Below the pieces are notes generated by a model. That model did no database searches. It saw only the letters and a program-made list of their open reading frames with translations, and was not told where the DNA came from. A stretch of DNA of 58,519 bases from the NCBI GenBank assembly GCA_035533875.1, contig DATLSZ010000033.1:1-58519 (forward strand), in the 5' to 3' direction. Origin of the DNA: Candidatus Acidiferrales bacterium. Lineage in GTDB: Bacteria > Patescibacteriota > Microgenomatia > Levybacterales > UBA12049. The position numbers were made by a program, and so were the translations under genes. Of this stretch, positions 9,608 to 19,038 are shown piece after piece (position 1 is the stretch's first letter; each line of letters starts with the position of its first letter).

Positions 9608-9631
9608 AAAAAAACCTCCCTGGAAGGAGGT
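9608..9631 (-). terminator. Riboswitch terminator whose 3' arm is the SD of metF
   Basis: ACCTCC-TTCCAG-GGAGG-TTTTTTT-ATG. Confidence 0.75.
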
Positions 9632-9666
9632 TCAGTAATGTATTTCCATCTGCCAACTGGCAATGG

Positions 9667-9782
9667 CTAATCCTCCCCCGTAGGGATTGGGTGGAGCACC
9701 CATCTCGGAAGTTTCAAACTAACCGAAGGGTTGCTGGATGGGTCATCGGAGCCAATTCTCCATTCGCCATCACTCTTGATTA
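9667..9782 (-). promoter_or_regulatory. SAM-I-like (S-box) riboswitch, copy 2
   Basis: Same conserved core as copy 1; 9667-9748 matches 6423-6504 at 81 of 82 nt. Confidence 0.87.
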
Positions 9783-9799
9783 TTTTTAATAATACTCCT

Positions 9800-10900
9800 C
9801 TATTCTTTTGCTGTCAAGCCGAAAAAACCAGCATCCAAACTCTTCACAATTCCTTTCATCTCCATCAGTGACAACAATGTCCCCAGTTTGGCGGAATCCA
9901 AACCCGACTTCTTCACTATCTCGTCAAAATGTAATCTCTGATTCTGTAATAAATCAACAACCTTCGTTTCTTCCTTTGTTAAGCCTTTGATACTCCTAAT
10001 ACCTTTAATACCCTTGATATTGTAACTATTAATTCTTAATTCGCTGATAATATCTCCGGCTGTCGTTACCATTTTCGCACCGTTAGCAATGAGCGCAATC
10101 GGTCCTCTTGAAACTGATGAAGTGATCGGTCCTGGCACTGCAAAAACTTTTCGATTGTTATCAAATCCATCTTTTGCCGTAATCAAGCTTCCGCTATCCT
10201 GTGCCCCTTCGGTAACCAATACTCCGAGAGACAATCCAGCGATTATCCTGTTTCGTGCGGGAAAAGAGCCTTTCATAGGCATCATTCCAAGTGGCGTTTC
10301 AGAGACAATAGCACCTCCACTTTCCAAAATCTGATTGTACAAACTTGTATTTTCCTGCGGAGTACACACATCAACACCGCTTCCGAGAACTGCGATAGTC
10401 TTGCCTCCTGCTGAAATCGTCGCCCGATGTGCGCATGCGTCCACTCCTATCGCGAGTCCCGACACGATAACACAACCCGCTTGAACTAAGTCAGAAACGA
10501 GTAGTCCTGTTACCTCCTTCCCATAATCTGTAATCTTTCTTGTTCCGACAACAGAAACTAAGTTGTCATTTTCGTTAAATATATATGTTCCCTTTTTATA
10601 CAATACAACTGGTGGTTTTTTGATCTTTTTTAAAAGAGTTGGATAATCGACGTCTTGTAACGTAAAAAAGGTAACCTGTAGTCGATGTAATCGCTCTTCA
10701 TACTCCTCCAAAACAAACTTCTTTTTAAAATTCTCTACATCCTGGGCGAGCTTTTCTCCAATCCCCGACTCCTTGAGTTCACCCAGAGACGCATCCCACG
10801 CACGCTTTGCCGATCCGAAATATCGCAGTAACAGCTGAAACCGCACCGGCCCGATACCATTACATACAGACAACGCCAACCAATATCTTCGCTCATCCAT
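9800..10900 (-). CDS. dprA: DNA-processing protein A
   Basis: VSVVGTR, IVSGLAIGVD, SFPARNRIIAGLS, SGSLITA and C-terminal winged helix. Confidence 0.96.
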   Translation of the reverse strand: MDERRYWLALSVCNGIGPVRFQLLLRYFGSAKRAWDASLGELKESGIGEKLAQDVENFKKKFVLEEYEERLHRLQVTFFTLQDVDYPTLLKKIKKPPVVLYKKGTYIFNENDNLVSVVGTRKITDYGKEVTGLLVSDLVQAGCVIVSGLAIGVDACAHRATISAGGKTIAVLGSGVDVCTPQENTSLYNQILESGGAIVSETPLGMMPMKGSFPARNRIIAGLSLGVLVTEGAQDSGSLITAKDGFDNNRKVFAVPGPITSSVSRGPIALIANGAKMVTTAGDIISELRINSYNIKGIKGIRSIKGLTKEETKVVDLLQNQRLHFDEIVKKSGLDSAKLGTLLSLMEMKGIVKSLDAGFFGLTAKE

Positions 10901-10945
10901 AATCTCATCATACTTGGTTTTTATAAAATCTGCTACAATAATTAT

Positions 10946-11206
10946 ATGGGTAATAAAGTCACCAAACCAATCCTCCTCGTTAAAAAATCAGACTCTAAAA
11001 AAGGCAGTCTCTGGAACGACCTTACCAACAATCGGATCATAAAACAGCACGGTGGCCTTGATATTCCTGAAGGAGATCTCCATGCAATTAAGAGATTTGA
11101 TGGTCCGGTTATTATTCCCGAAACATCCCCTGAAGAAACAAAAGAGGCCCTCTCGCATTTGGAAGAAGAGATCCAATCTCTTAAGGAAAAAATAACGATA
11201 AGGTAA
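10946..11206 (+). CDS. Hypothetical protein (86 aa)
   Basis: ORF with TGCTACAAT 6 nt upstream of ATG; C-terminal coiled-coil-like end. Confidence 0.65.
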   Translation: MGNKVTKPILLVKKSDSKKGSLWNDLTNNRIIKQHGGLDIPEGDLHAIKRFDGPVIIPETSPEETKEALSHLEEEIQSLKEKITIR

Positions 11207-11227
11207 TTTCCGACAAGTCAAACTCTG

Positions 11228-11800
11228 ATGATAACTAAACAAAGCTACTTCACTCGACTATTTTCCGGACGGCTTAATCGGCAAAACTATATCATCGGGT
11301 CGACATTGTTATCCATACCGCCGCTGATCTGCTTCATGATCGTCATTTTCACCATTATGCTTTCTCCCTCTGCGCTTGCCATGCCGGCACTTGATAATCC
11401 TGCAAATCCAACCTCGATAATCATTCCGCAGGTATCTTTGACTTCCCTCCTGTTAACACCTGCCAATGAATTCTGGATAGCACTCGGGATATTTTTTATC
11501 ATTCTTTCAGTCCCCTATCTTTTTTCCCTGCAGATCCGCCGTCTCCACGATCTGGGTCTCAATGGATGGCTATGGATGATTAATTTCGTACCACTTATTT
11601 CTTTTTATACAACACCGATTCCGGGAATATATAATCCTCAACCAAACAGCTGGTTTCTTCTTTTAAATGTAATAGCGCTTCTTGCTACACTTTTTACTTT
11701 CTTTGTCACACTCTGGTCGGGAACAAACGGCCCGAATACCTATGGACCACAACCGCTTCCTCGTACCAGTCTTATGCATGACATTTTTGCGGCAAGATGA
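11228..11800 (+). CDS. DUF805-family membrane protein
   Basis: FSGRLNR..Y, IRRLHDLG..GW and G..GPNTYGP motifs. Confidence 0.85.
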   Translation: MITKQSYFTRLFSGRLNRQNYIIGSTLLSIPPLICFMIVIFTIMLSPSALAMPALDNPANPTSIIIPQVSLTSLLLTPANEFWIALGIFFIILSVPYLFSLQIRRLHDLGLNGWLWMINFVPLISFYTTPIPGIYNPQPNSWFLLLNVIALLATLFTFFVTLWSGTNGPNTYGPQPLPRTSLMHDIFAAR

Positions 11801-11853
11801 CTGAGGAGAACTATTTATTGGCTTTTGCTTATTGATTTGCTATAAATAATCCT

Positions 11854-12435
11854 ATGATAAAAGCGATTATTTTTGATTTTTTTGATGTGGTCAGAAATGA
11901 TACCTATAATGCATGGCTGAAATCACGCGGATACGTGCGTACCGGTGAATTCCATAAAGTTACACAACGGCTGGATGCAGGCAAAATTACATTTGATGAA
12001 TTCATGCAGACACTCACTCGGCTCAGCGGAGAAGAAATGACTCTTGAAAAACTTGAGGCGAACGCCAAAGTGAATTATGAGGTAATTGATATTATCAATG
12101 AACTGAGAAAAAAGTATCGAGTCGCTTTGCTTTCAAATGCTCCATCGGCATTCTTCCGTGATATCCTGAAAAAAAACAATCTTGAAAAATATTTTGATGA
12201 AATTGTCGTTTCAAGTGAAGTTGGCCATATAAAACCAAGCAGTGAAATCTTTGCAATAATGCTCAATCGGCTCGGGTTTGATGCGTCTGAAACCCTCTTT
12301 ACCGATGATAATATCCACAATATCCATGGAGCTGAAAAAGCAGGTATTAAAGGCATTCACTTTACATCAGCTGCTAAATTACGACAGGATCTGAAAGAAT
12401 TGGGAGTACAAATCACCGTACCCAAATCAATCTAA
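11854..12435 (+). CDS. HAD-superfamily phosphatase
   Basis: AIIFDFFDV, LLSN, KP, FTDD..N.GA..AG motifs. Confidence 0.9.
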   Translation: MIKAIIFDFFDVVRNDTYNAWLKSRGYVRTGEFHKVTQRLDAGKITFDEFMQTLTRLSGEEMTLEKLEANAKVNYEVIDIINELRKKYRVALLSNAPSAFFRDILKKNNLEKYFDEIVVSSEVGHIKPSSEIFAIMLNRLGFDASETLFTDDNIHNIHGAEKAGIKGIHFTSAAKLRQDLKELGVQITVPKSI

Positions 12436-12513
12436 ATTTAGATTACTTTATCTTTCACACTCGGTGCTCTCACGACGATAATTTCCAACTTCATATTTCC
12501 CTTATTGTTCATC

Positions 12514-13200
12514 TCAAACCTCTTTCGTGACAAATAATATATTATTTGCTTTATACACTGTGAGAACAAAATCGAATTTACTATATTCCAGCGCTAAATG
12601 AAAATCATCTTCACGGAATTCCGGCTGTAACGTATCAAAAAATTTCAAACCATGACTGTAGCTTCTCAAATGAGAGATAACTTTGGCAAAATCTATCTTA
12701 TTTCCAAGAAGCAGATCTTTTATCGCCTGTGCGCACATCTCATCTTCATCGGTTTTTTCTAGCCCATTATCACCCATCGCTACGAGTGTAACAACTGGTG
12801 GATTTTTTTTCTTTATATGATTAACAATCGCCTGAAGACAGACAAAACTCCCAAGGATTATTTCGTCGGCACCTGTTGCGTTAACAACACCTTGCGTTCC
12901 TGCTGATGTTGTTTGGATTACCGTTTTATTTGAAAAATCAACATGCTCAACTTCAGCGGGAGAGTTGCCATAGTCAAACCCTTCAATTTTTATTCCATTC
13001 CTTTCCCCTATTAAAATATAGTCAAGATTTTCTCTTTTTAACTGGCGTGCTTCTTCCACAGATCCGACAGGAATAATTTTTTCCGCTCCATTATGCATGA
13101 TATATGCTGCTGTGGAAAATGCACGGAAAACATCAATAATGACGACAACGCCTTTTGCTTTTTTTGAACCTTCAATGAGATGTTCAATTCTGATCTCCAT
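12514..13200 (-). CDS. 2-phosphosulfolactate phosphatase (ComB)-family protein
   Basis: VVIIDVFRAFST, GER, GFDYGNSP, TTSAGT and EDEMCA motifs. Confidence 0.88.
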   Translation of the reverse strand: MEIRIEHLIEGSKKAKGVVVIIDVFRAFSTAAYIMHNGAEKIIPVGSVEEARQLKRENLDYILIGERNGIKIEGFDYGNSPAEVEHVDFSNKTVIQTTSAGTQGVVNATGADEIILGSFVCLQAIVNHIKKKNPPVVTLVAMGDNGLEKTDEDEMCAQAIKDLLLGNKIDFAKVISHLRSYSHGLKFFDTLQPEFREDDFHLALEYSKFDFVLTVYKANNILFVTKEV

Positions 13201-13207
13201 AAATAAT

Positions 13208-13885
13208 TTATAAAATCCTATCCGGATAGTCGCTGAATACCCCGTCAACGCCCATATCTTTCATTTTTGCAATTTCACTTTTATTATTTACTGTGTAAGC
13301 AAAGAGTTTTAAACCGTACTTGTGAGCTTTCTCTACAGCCGACTTTCTCACCAGCTTTGACCAGATATTGACTGAGTGAGCACCCAGAGCAACATATTTA
13401 TCAAACTGAAGAATGATTCCTATAATAAGTACGCCGATTCTCACTTTGGGCAATAACTTTTTAAACACGAGTAATTCATGGAGATTAAAAGAAGAAACCA
13501 TAAAGTCACTATACTTCCAGTTCTTCTTGCGGACATATTCATTTATCAATATCGATACGGGAAATGCGGTATTTTTCCCTTTTAATTCAATATTGACCTG
13601 CACCTTTCTGTTCACGAGATCCAGTACTTCCTGAAGCGTCGGTATTTTTTCTCCATTTCCGGCATCTAGTAATTTTATTTCCTCGATCGTTTTTTTCGAT
13701 ATATATCCATAACCGTTTGTGGTTCTGTTGACTTTCTTGTCATGGATGACTACCAGCGTTCCGTCTTTCAACGAATGCACATCAAGCTCTATTGCATCAA
13801 CGCCCAGCTCGATTGCTTTTTTAAAAGATGCCAAGGTATTCTCCGGTTCATATCCCCCGGCACCCCGGTGACCAAACTTTTTCAT
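13208..13885 (-). CDS. Glycerophosphodiester phosphodiesterase
   Basis: GHRGA, PENT, IELDVH, HD, NIELK, YTVN and GVDGVFSDYP motifs. Confidence 0.92.
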   Translation of the reverse strand: MKKFGHRGAGGYEPENTLASFKKAIELGVDAIELDVHSLKDGTLVVIHDKKVNRTTNGYGYISKKTIEEIKLLDAGNGEKIPTLQEVLDLVNRKVQVNIELKGKNTAFPVSILINEYVRKKNWKYSDFMVSSFNLHELLVFKKLLPKVRIGVLIIGIILQFDKYVALGAHSVNIWSKLVRKSAVEKAHKYGLKLFAYTVNNKSEIAKMKDMGVDGVFSDYPDRIL

Positions 13886-13923
13886 ACCTTAATTATATCA
13901 GGTGATAACTATAGAGGACTAAT

Positions 13924-15717
13924 TTACTTCCCAAAATAGTTCTCCAGTATTTCCTTTGCTATCGGGCCTGCGATATTGGAGCCTTCACCTGATGACTCGT
14001 CAAGAACGGTTACGACAATCTGCGGCTTATAGGCGGGAGCAAACAGCGTAATCCACGCATGCGGCAATGTATCATTTCCCCCATGCTGCGCAGTGCCGGT
14101 TTTGCAGGCAATGGCAACATGCCGCATATCAGCAGAAACGGATGAAACTTGTGTAATATTCTTCCCGTCGATTGATAATTTCGGATTTTTTACCGCAAAG
14201 TTAAAGAGCGGCCATGCTACACCTCCGGTACTACACGCATCAATCATCCCCTGACGGATCAAATCTACCGTCTTCGCATCCAAAATGTCTTTTTCTTTCA
14301 TGACCGGATCATTTGTCATCAAGAGATGCGGCGCATACAGCGAGCCACCATTGGCAACTATTTGCGTCCATGCGTTGACCTGCAGGGGTGTCGTCAGCAA
14401 ATACCCCTGACCGATACCGTAATGGTATGTATCGCCCAAGTACCATTCCTGACCGAGCGTCTTTTGCTTCCATTGCGTTGTTGGTACCGTTCCCGAAGCC
14501 TCTCCTGCCAAATCGATCCCAAGGGGTACTCCAAGTCCCATCTTTTGCGCGAATGCGGATAATTTATCAACAGATATTTTTTCGGCAAGTTTGTAGAAAA
14601 AAATATCATTGGACCTGGCAAGCGCACTGATCACATTCAATGGCTTGGGTTCTTTGCGTCCGTAATCGGTGAAATACCAATTCGCGAATGTAAAATCACC
14701 GACCTTCAGTACTCCGGTATCTTCGACTGTATAATTCTGGTCTATGATATTATCTTGCAGACCTGCTGCCGCCGCGACTATCTTGAAGGTCGATCCGGGC
14801 GGATACAGTCCGCCTATCGCCCGGTCCAAAAGCGGCTGATTTTGCGAATCGGTCAGAATTGCCGATACCGATGTATAGGCACTGTCTGTCGCAGGTTTAT
14901 AGGTATTATCCAGCGTAAATAAATTCGGGTCATACGAGGGCTTGGAGACCATTGCGAGAATTTCACCGTCCGGTTTGGATACAATAACCGCACCTTTTTG
15001 AATTCCTTTCGCAGCAAGGTAGACTGCCTGCTGCAATTTCTGATCGATTGTCAGTGTGATATTTTGTCCCGGCACCGGATCCGTCTGACCGAGCGAGCGG
15101 ACTTTTTGCCCCATCGCGTTTACTTCAATCAGCGCCTTACCGTTCTGACCATGTAATACCTGCTCATATTCCCGCTCAATGCCGCTTTGACCCACCCACT
15201 CATCGGGTTGATATCCGGCATATTGTCCCGATGCCATTTCATCTAACGAAATTTGGCCGATATACCCGATAACATGGCTTAATTCATCATTGTACGGATA
15301 TTCCCGAAGCGAGTCCACCTGAACATTTTTGTCGCCTTTGGCAAGGAGACTCAGTGCTTCATCACGAGAAAGATGCGTAGTCTTGCATTTCGTCGGATCA
15401 CCATTTGCACAATTTTGCACCAAACGGAATCCCGGGATGTTATAGACAAGCGGTGTACCGTTCCGGTCAAAAATTACTCCGCGCTGGGCAGGAATGATTT
15501 GGGTCCGGATACGGTTTGAGTCGGATAATTGCTGAAAATAATTGCCTTGAACAATTTGTATGAAGAAAAGATTGAAGAATAACACAGCTCCTACCAAAAC
15601 AAGCACAACTGGAAGTAAATACCAGCGTAATTGAAGCGGTTTCGCATCTTCTTCATAATGCCGCCGCTTTATTTTCTCAGTCTTTATGTGGTCACCAAAT
15701 GCAAATCCAACTTTCAT
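13924..15717 (-). CDS. mrdA: Penicillin-binding protein 2
   Basis: N-terminal TM, RGVIFDRNG, STFK, SND and KTG motifs; follows mreD. Confidence 0.93.
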   Translation of the reverse strand: MKVGFAFGDHIKTEKIKRRHYEEDAKPLQLRWYLLPVVLVLVGAVLFFNLFFIQIVQGNYFQQLSDSNRIRTQIIPAQRGVIFDRNGTPLVYNIPGFRLVQNCANGDPTKCKTTHLSRDEALSLLAKGDKNVQVDSLREYPYNDELSHVIGYIGQISLDEMASGQYAGYQPDEWVGQSGIEREYEQVLHGQNGKALIEVNAMGQKVRSLGQTDPVPGQNITLTIDQKLQQAVYLAAKGIQKGAVIVSKPDGEILAMVSKPSYDPNLFTLDNTYKPATDSAYTSVSAILTDSQNQPLLDRAIGGLYPPGSTFKIVAAAAGLQDNIIDQNYTVEDTGVLKVGDFTFANWYFTDYGRKEPKPLNVISALARSNDIFFYKLAEKISVDKLSAFAQKMGLGVPLGIDLAGEASGTVPTTQWKQKTLGQEWYLGDTYHYGIGQGYLLTTPLQVNAWTQIVANGGSLYAPHLLMTNDPVMKEKDILDAKTVDLIRQGMIDACSTGGVAWPLFNFAVKNPKLSIDGKNITQVSSVSADMRHVAIACKTGTAQHGGNDTLPHAWITLFAPAYKPQIVVTVLDESSGEGSNIAGPIAKEILENYFGK

Positions 15718-15762
15718 TGATAAGAGTGTAAACAGAATCTGCAAAACCCACAGCGATAGCCT

Positions 15763-16197
15763 CTATAAGGCTTTAAATTGTAGATTCGCATTCTGGGTTT
15801 GACGGCTTGTCATTCTGCTTACTGAATAAATGAGCACCGAAAAAACCGAAGAAATACCTGCTTGAACTATCACAGCTTGATAGCCAAACACAATCAAATA
15901 AACAATCGATCCAATAAATGAAGCGATGAAAACAAACGGATAGGTATTGATCTCATATTTCCTCTGGTAAAGCAGCACCAACAAAATCGAGACAAGAAAA
16001 AAGATACTCGTTCCACCAATCGGACGAAGCGCAAAAGCATCCAGCAGAACGCCCGTAAGAAAGGCAAGGGAAAAAACAAACGGGTTTCTCATAAGTATTG
16101 TCAGACAAAGAAGACAAACGAAGACTAAGGGCAGCGCAGTAACCGTGCCCTCGAGGAATAAGGAAATAAATAAAAGAAAAAGTAAAAAGAAAAGCAT
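15763..16197 (-). CDS. mreD: Rod shape-determining protein MreD-like
   Basis: Very hydrophobic 144 aa with GVLLD motif, between mreC and mrdA. Confidence 0.7.
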   Translation of the reverse strand: MLFFLLFLLFISLFLEGTVTALPLVFVCLLCLTILMRNPFVFSLAFLTGVLLDAFALRPIGGTSIFFLVSILLVLLYQRKYEINTYPFVFIASFIGSIVYLIVFGYQAVIVQAGISSVFSVLIYSVSRMTSRQTQNANLQFKAL

Positions 16198-16238
16198 ATA
16201 AATGATATTCTAAGATCTAAAATCTGCGCTCTTTAGCA

Positions 16239-17000
16239 TTAATTCGCTCCTGTCATCACAAACACCATCCGCAGCTGCCCAACAGAAACAAGACTCTGCA
16301 CCTTTGCCGATTGGAAAAGACTGCTTGCTTGTTTGTCGATTGAAATAATTTTCCCGACAATCAGCTCTGGCGGAAATCCATTTCCTTGCATGTCGAGATT
16401 ACCCTTTGTTATGACAATATCATTTTTCTCGAGTTTGTCTGTCAAAACGACATTATCAAGAACAATGCTTCCTCCGTCCTGCGCTTTGACAATGCCAGAT
16501 GCGGAAGTCTTGACTGTTTCTGCGGTAAAAGATGTTGACGGATCGGTCAAAAGAGTCACGAGAGAAATATGTGGTGTTGTGCTGGCAACTTTACCGACAA
16601 TATTATTTTTATACACTACGACATCACCCTTATGGATGGCGTCCTGATCTCCTTTATCAATAAGAAGAGCGTTTTGTTGTGTTCCGACAACATTCGCTGG
16701 TAATAATTTTTGAGGCGTTGGTGTCGTTGTCTGGAATTGGTCATGCAGCGCCTGGTTATCTTTCTGCACTTCCTGCATCTGAGCAAGCTGCACACGCAGC
16801 TGACTGTTTTCTTCTTGGAGCTGCTGCTGTGATGCTGGTATATCTGTTGGTTTTGAACGTATACCGAACGTCCACTGTTGGATCGGCAAGGTAATCATTT
16901 GCAAACCTGCAGTCAATGGATTTTGAAAAAAGAAAAGGATGAGGATAGAAAGAAAGAGAAAAATTGAAAAAATTGGAAAAACAGCCTTGACACCTTTCAT
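16239..17000 (-). CDS. mreC: Rod shape-determining protein MreC
   Basis: TM, coiled coil (LQEENSQLR), IDKG..D.I.KGD.V and FPPELIVGKI; start ATG 17000 with TACAAT 7 nt upstream. Confidence 0.9.
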   Translation of the reverse strand: MKGVKAVFPIFSIFLFLSILILFFFQNPLTAGLQMITLPIQQWTFGIRSKPTDIPASQQQLQEENSQLRVQLAQMQEVQKDNQALHDQFQTTTPTPQKLLPANVVGTQQNALLIDKGDQDAIHKGDVVVYKNNIVGKVASTTPHISLVTLLTDPSTSFTAETVKTSASGIVKAQDGGSIVLDNVVLTDKLEKNDIVITKGNLDMQGNGFPPELIVGKIISIDKQASSLFQSAKVQSLVSVGQLRMVFVMTGAN

Positions 17001-17049
17001 ACCTGCTATTGTAGCCGCTTTGGATCCAAGAGGCAACCCACCGATGGTA

Positions 17050-18009
17050 TTAATAAGCCATCGAATAATTAAATACCTTTGAAGAATGAGTAAGCGCCCC
17101 AATAGAAATGACATCAACTCCTGTTGCTGCCCAATCGGTAAGGTTGGTCTGATTAATTTCCCCCGATGCTTCAATGAGAACGAGATCATAAATCGGAAGT
17201 TTCCGCAGAGACTCTACAAAGTTTTGAGCTGCTGCCGGCTTAAAATTATCAAGTAAGATGGCCATCATTTTTGGCTTTTGTTGTTTTGCATTCTCCCGAG
17301 TAAAAGTATGAAGAACTGCATTCGCCTGAGAAAGGGTATCAACTTCAATTTCAAAATAATCCATCGCCGAACGCATACATCGTGTCACTGCTTCTGCTGC
17401 TGCCTTTTCACTAGATTCTAACCCTAATTCTTTTTGCAGCATGCCGAGATGATTGTCTTTTATAAGAATTTCATCAGCCAAACTCAACCGGTGCGTCAAT
17501 CCCCCGCCGACTGCTACAGCTTTTTTATCAACAAACATCAGAGGTGTTTTTCTAAGCGTTGCGATGAAAGGAGCTCCCGGAATGTTTTTAATAGAAGCAA
17601 TAAGATTATTCGTTCCGGTCGCGATGCCGGACATTCTGCCGAGAATATTTAGAATCGTTCTTTCATATGCAAGTATTTCTGTATTCTCTCCTGAAACTTC
17701 TGCGAGGACATCATCTTGGACAAGATGCGCGCCGTCGATAACTTTTGGTTTGAAAACCAAAGTGGTATGTTTGGCAAGCAACTCGGTGAGTTCTTCTATC
17801 CCTGCTGCAATGCCCTCTTGTCTGCTGACAATTTTTGTTCTGCCTTTCCCTTTAAGTGCGAGTGTCTGTGAGGTGATATCATCATGCACTGCGTCAGCCT
17901 GTATCATCCAAAGAAAAAGTTCGGTGATATGATCTCGATAGAATGTTTTTGAGACAGACAGCTCGCCGGATTTTTGAAAATATTTCTGTATTGCGTCAAT
18001 TCTTTTCAT
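17050..18009 (-). CDS. nadC: Quinolinate phosphoribosyltransferase
   Basis: ER..LN, TLRKTP, THRLSL, ILIKDNH, EIEVD, LLDNF and IEASG motifs. Confidence 0.93.
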   Translation of the reverse strand: MKRIDAIQKYFQKSGELSVSKTFYRDHITELFLWMIQADAVHDDITSQTLALKGKGRTKIVSRQEGIAAGIEELTELLAKHTTLVFKPKVIDGAHLVQDDVLAEVSGENTEILAYERTILNILGRMSGIATGTNNLIASIKNIPGAPFIATLRKTPLMFVDKKAVAVGGGLTHRLSLADEILIKDNHLGMLQKELGLESSEKAAAEAVTRCMRSAMDYFEIEVDTLSQANAVLHTFTRENAKQQKPKMMAILLDNFKPAAAQNFVESLRKLPIYDLVLIEASGEINQTNLTDWAATGVDVISIGALTHSSKVFNYSMAY

Positions 18010-18010
18010 G

Positions 18011-19009
18011 TTAACTAATAGCAAACATCCGCTCAATCGGAAGCCTTGCCCTGTCTGCGATTTCTTTCTCAACTTTCACTTCGTATTCTAGATTGATCAA
18101 ACTATTGAGCAGTTTCTCTGTTGTTATCATCTTCATATACTCACATACCATATCTTTTCTCAATGGATAAAATTTCTTCTTGGGATTTTGCTTTTTTAAT
18201 TGATGGATAATTCCAGTCTCAGTCGCAACAACAAACGAATCTTTGGGAGATTCTTTTGCGTGCTTGAGCATACCACTTGTTGAAAGAATATGAGTTTTCT
18301 CCTCGGGGATCTGTTTTGTCGCGACGTAATGCATGCAATCCGAGACACACCCGCATTCCGGATGGATCAGAAATTCTGCAGCCGGATACCTGCCTAATTT
18401 CTTTATAACATCTTGTGCTTTGACCCGTGCATGCACGTGGCACTCGCCAGGATAGACATAAAAATTCTTCCGTCCTGTTTTGCGAGCAACGTAATCTCCC
18501 AAAAAAAGATCGGGAAGGAAAATAATCTCCCGGTCATCAGGAATTGACTGGACCACCTGTACGGCATTTGTTGATGTGACGCAATAATCGCTTTCCGCTT
18601 TGACTTCTGCAGTTGTGTTGACATAACTGACGACAAGCGCCTTTGGATAACGGCGTTTCCACTTCCTCAGTTCATCCGCGTCAATTGATGCAGCCAGACT
18701 GCAGCCCGCATTGGGATCGGGGATCAATACTGTTTTTTCAGGCGAGAAAATCGCGGCACTTTCCGCCATAAAATGCACACCACAAAAGACAATCAATTTT
18801 TGAGGAGCTTGGGCTGCTTTTTTGGCGATACCCAATGAATCTCCGACAAAATCTGCAATATCCTGAATATCCGGTATTTGATAATTGTGTGCGATGATCA
18901 AGGCGTTACGTTTTTCTTTCCATGCGAGGATTTGCTTCATCAGTTCGCGGCGTCTTTTTGGCGATGGTTCTTCAGGCTGAGCTCCCGGTACTTGCATTAT
19001 CGCTTGCAT
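18011..19009 (-). CDS. nadA: Quinolinate synthase A
   Basis: AHNYQ, FCGVHFMAE, GCSLA, YVNT, ECHVH, HPEC and CEYMK motifs. Confidence 0.96.
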   Translation of the reverse strand: MQAIMQVPGAQPEEPSPKRRRELMKQILAWKEKRNALIIAHNYQIPDIQDIADFVGDSLGIAKKAAQAPQKLIVFCGVHFMAESAAIFSPEKTVLIPDPNAGCSLAASIDADELRKWKRRYPKALVVSYVNTTAEVKAESDYCVTSTNAVQVVQSIPDDREIIFLPDLFLGDYVARKTGRKNFYVYPGECHVHARVKAQDVIKKLGRYPAAEFLIHPECGCVSDCMHYVATKQIPEEKTHILSTSGMLKHAKESPKDSFVVATETGIIHQLKKQNPKKKFYPLRKDMVCEYMKMITTEKLLNSLINLEYEVKVEKEIADRARLPIERMFAIS

Positions 19010-19014
19010 GTAGT

Positions 19015-19033
19015 TAGTGTATAATATACACCA
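19015..19033. promoter_or_regulatory. NrtR-type operator palindrome overlapping divergent nadA/nadB promoters
   Basis: TAGTGT-ATAATAT-ACACCA fits the GT-N7-AC NrtR core; an NrtR domain is encoded in the adjacent gene. Confidence 0.7.
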
Positions 19034-19038
19034 TCAAC

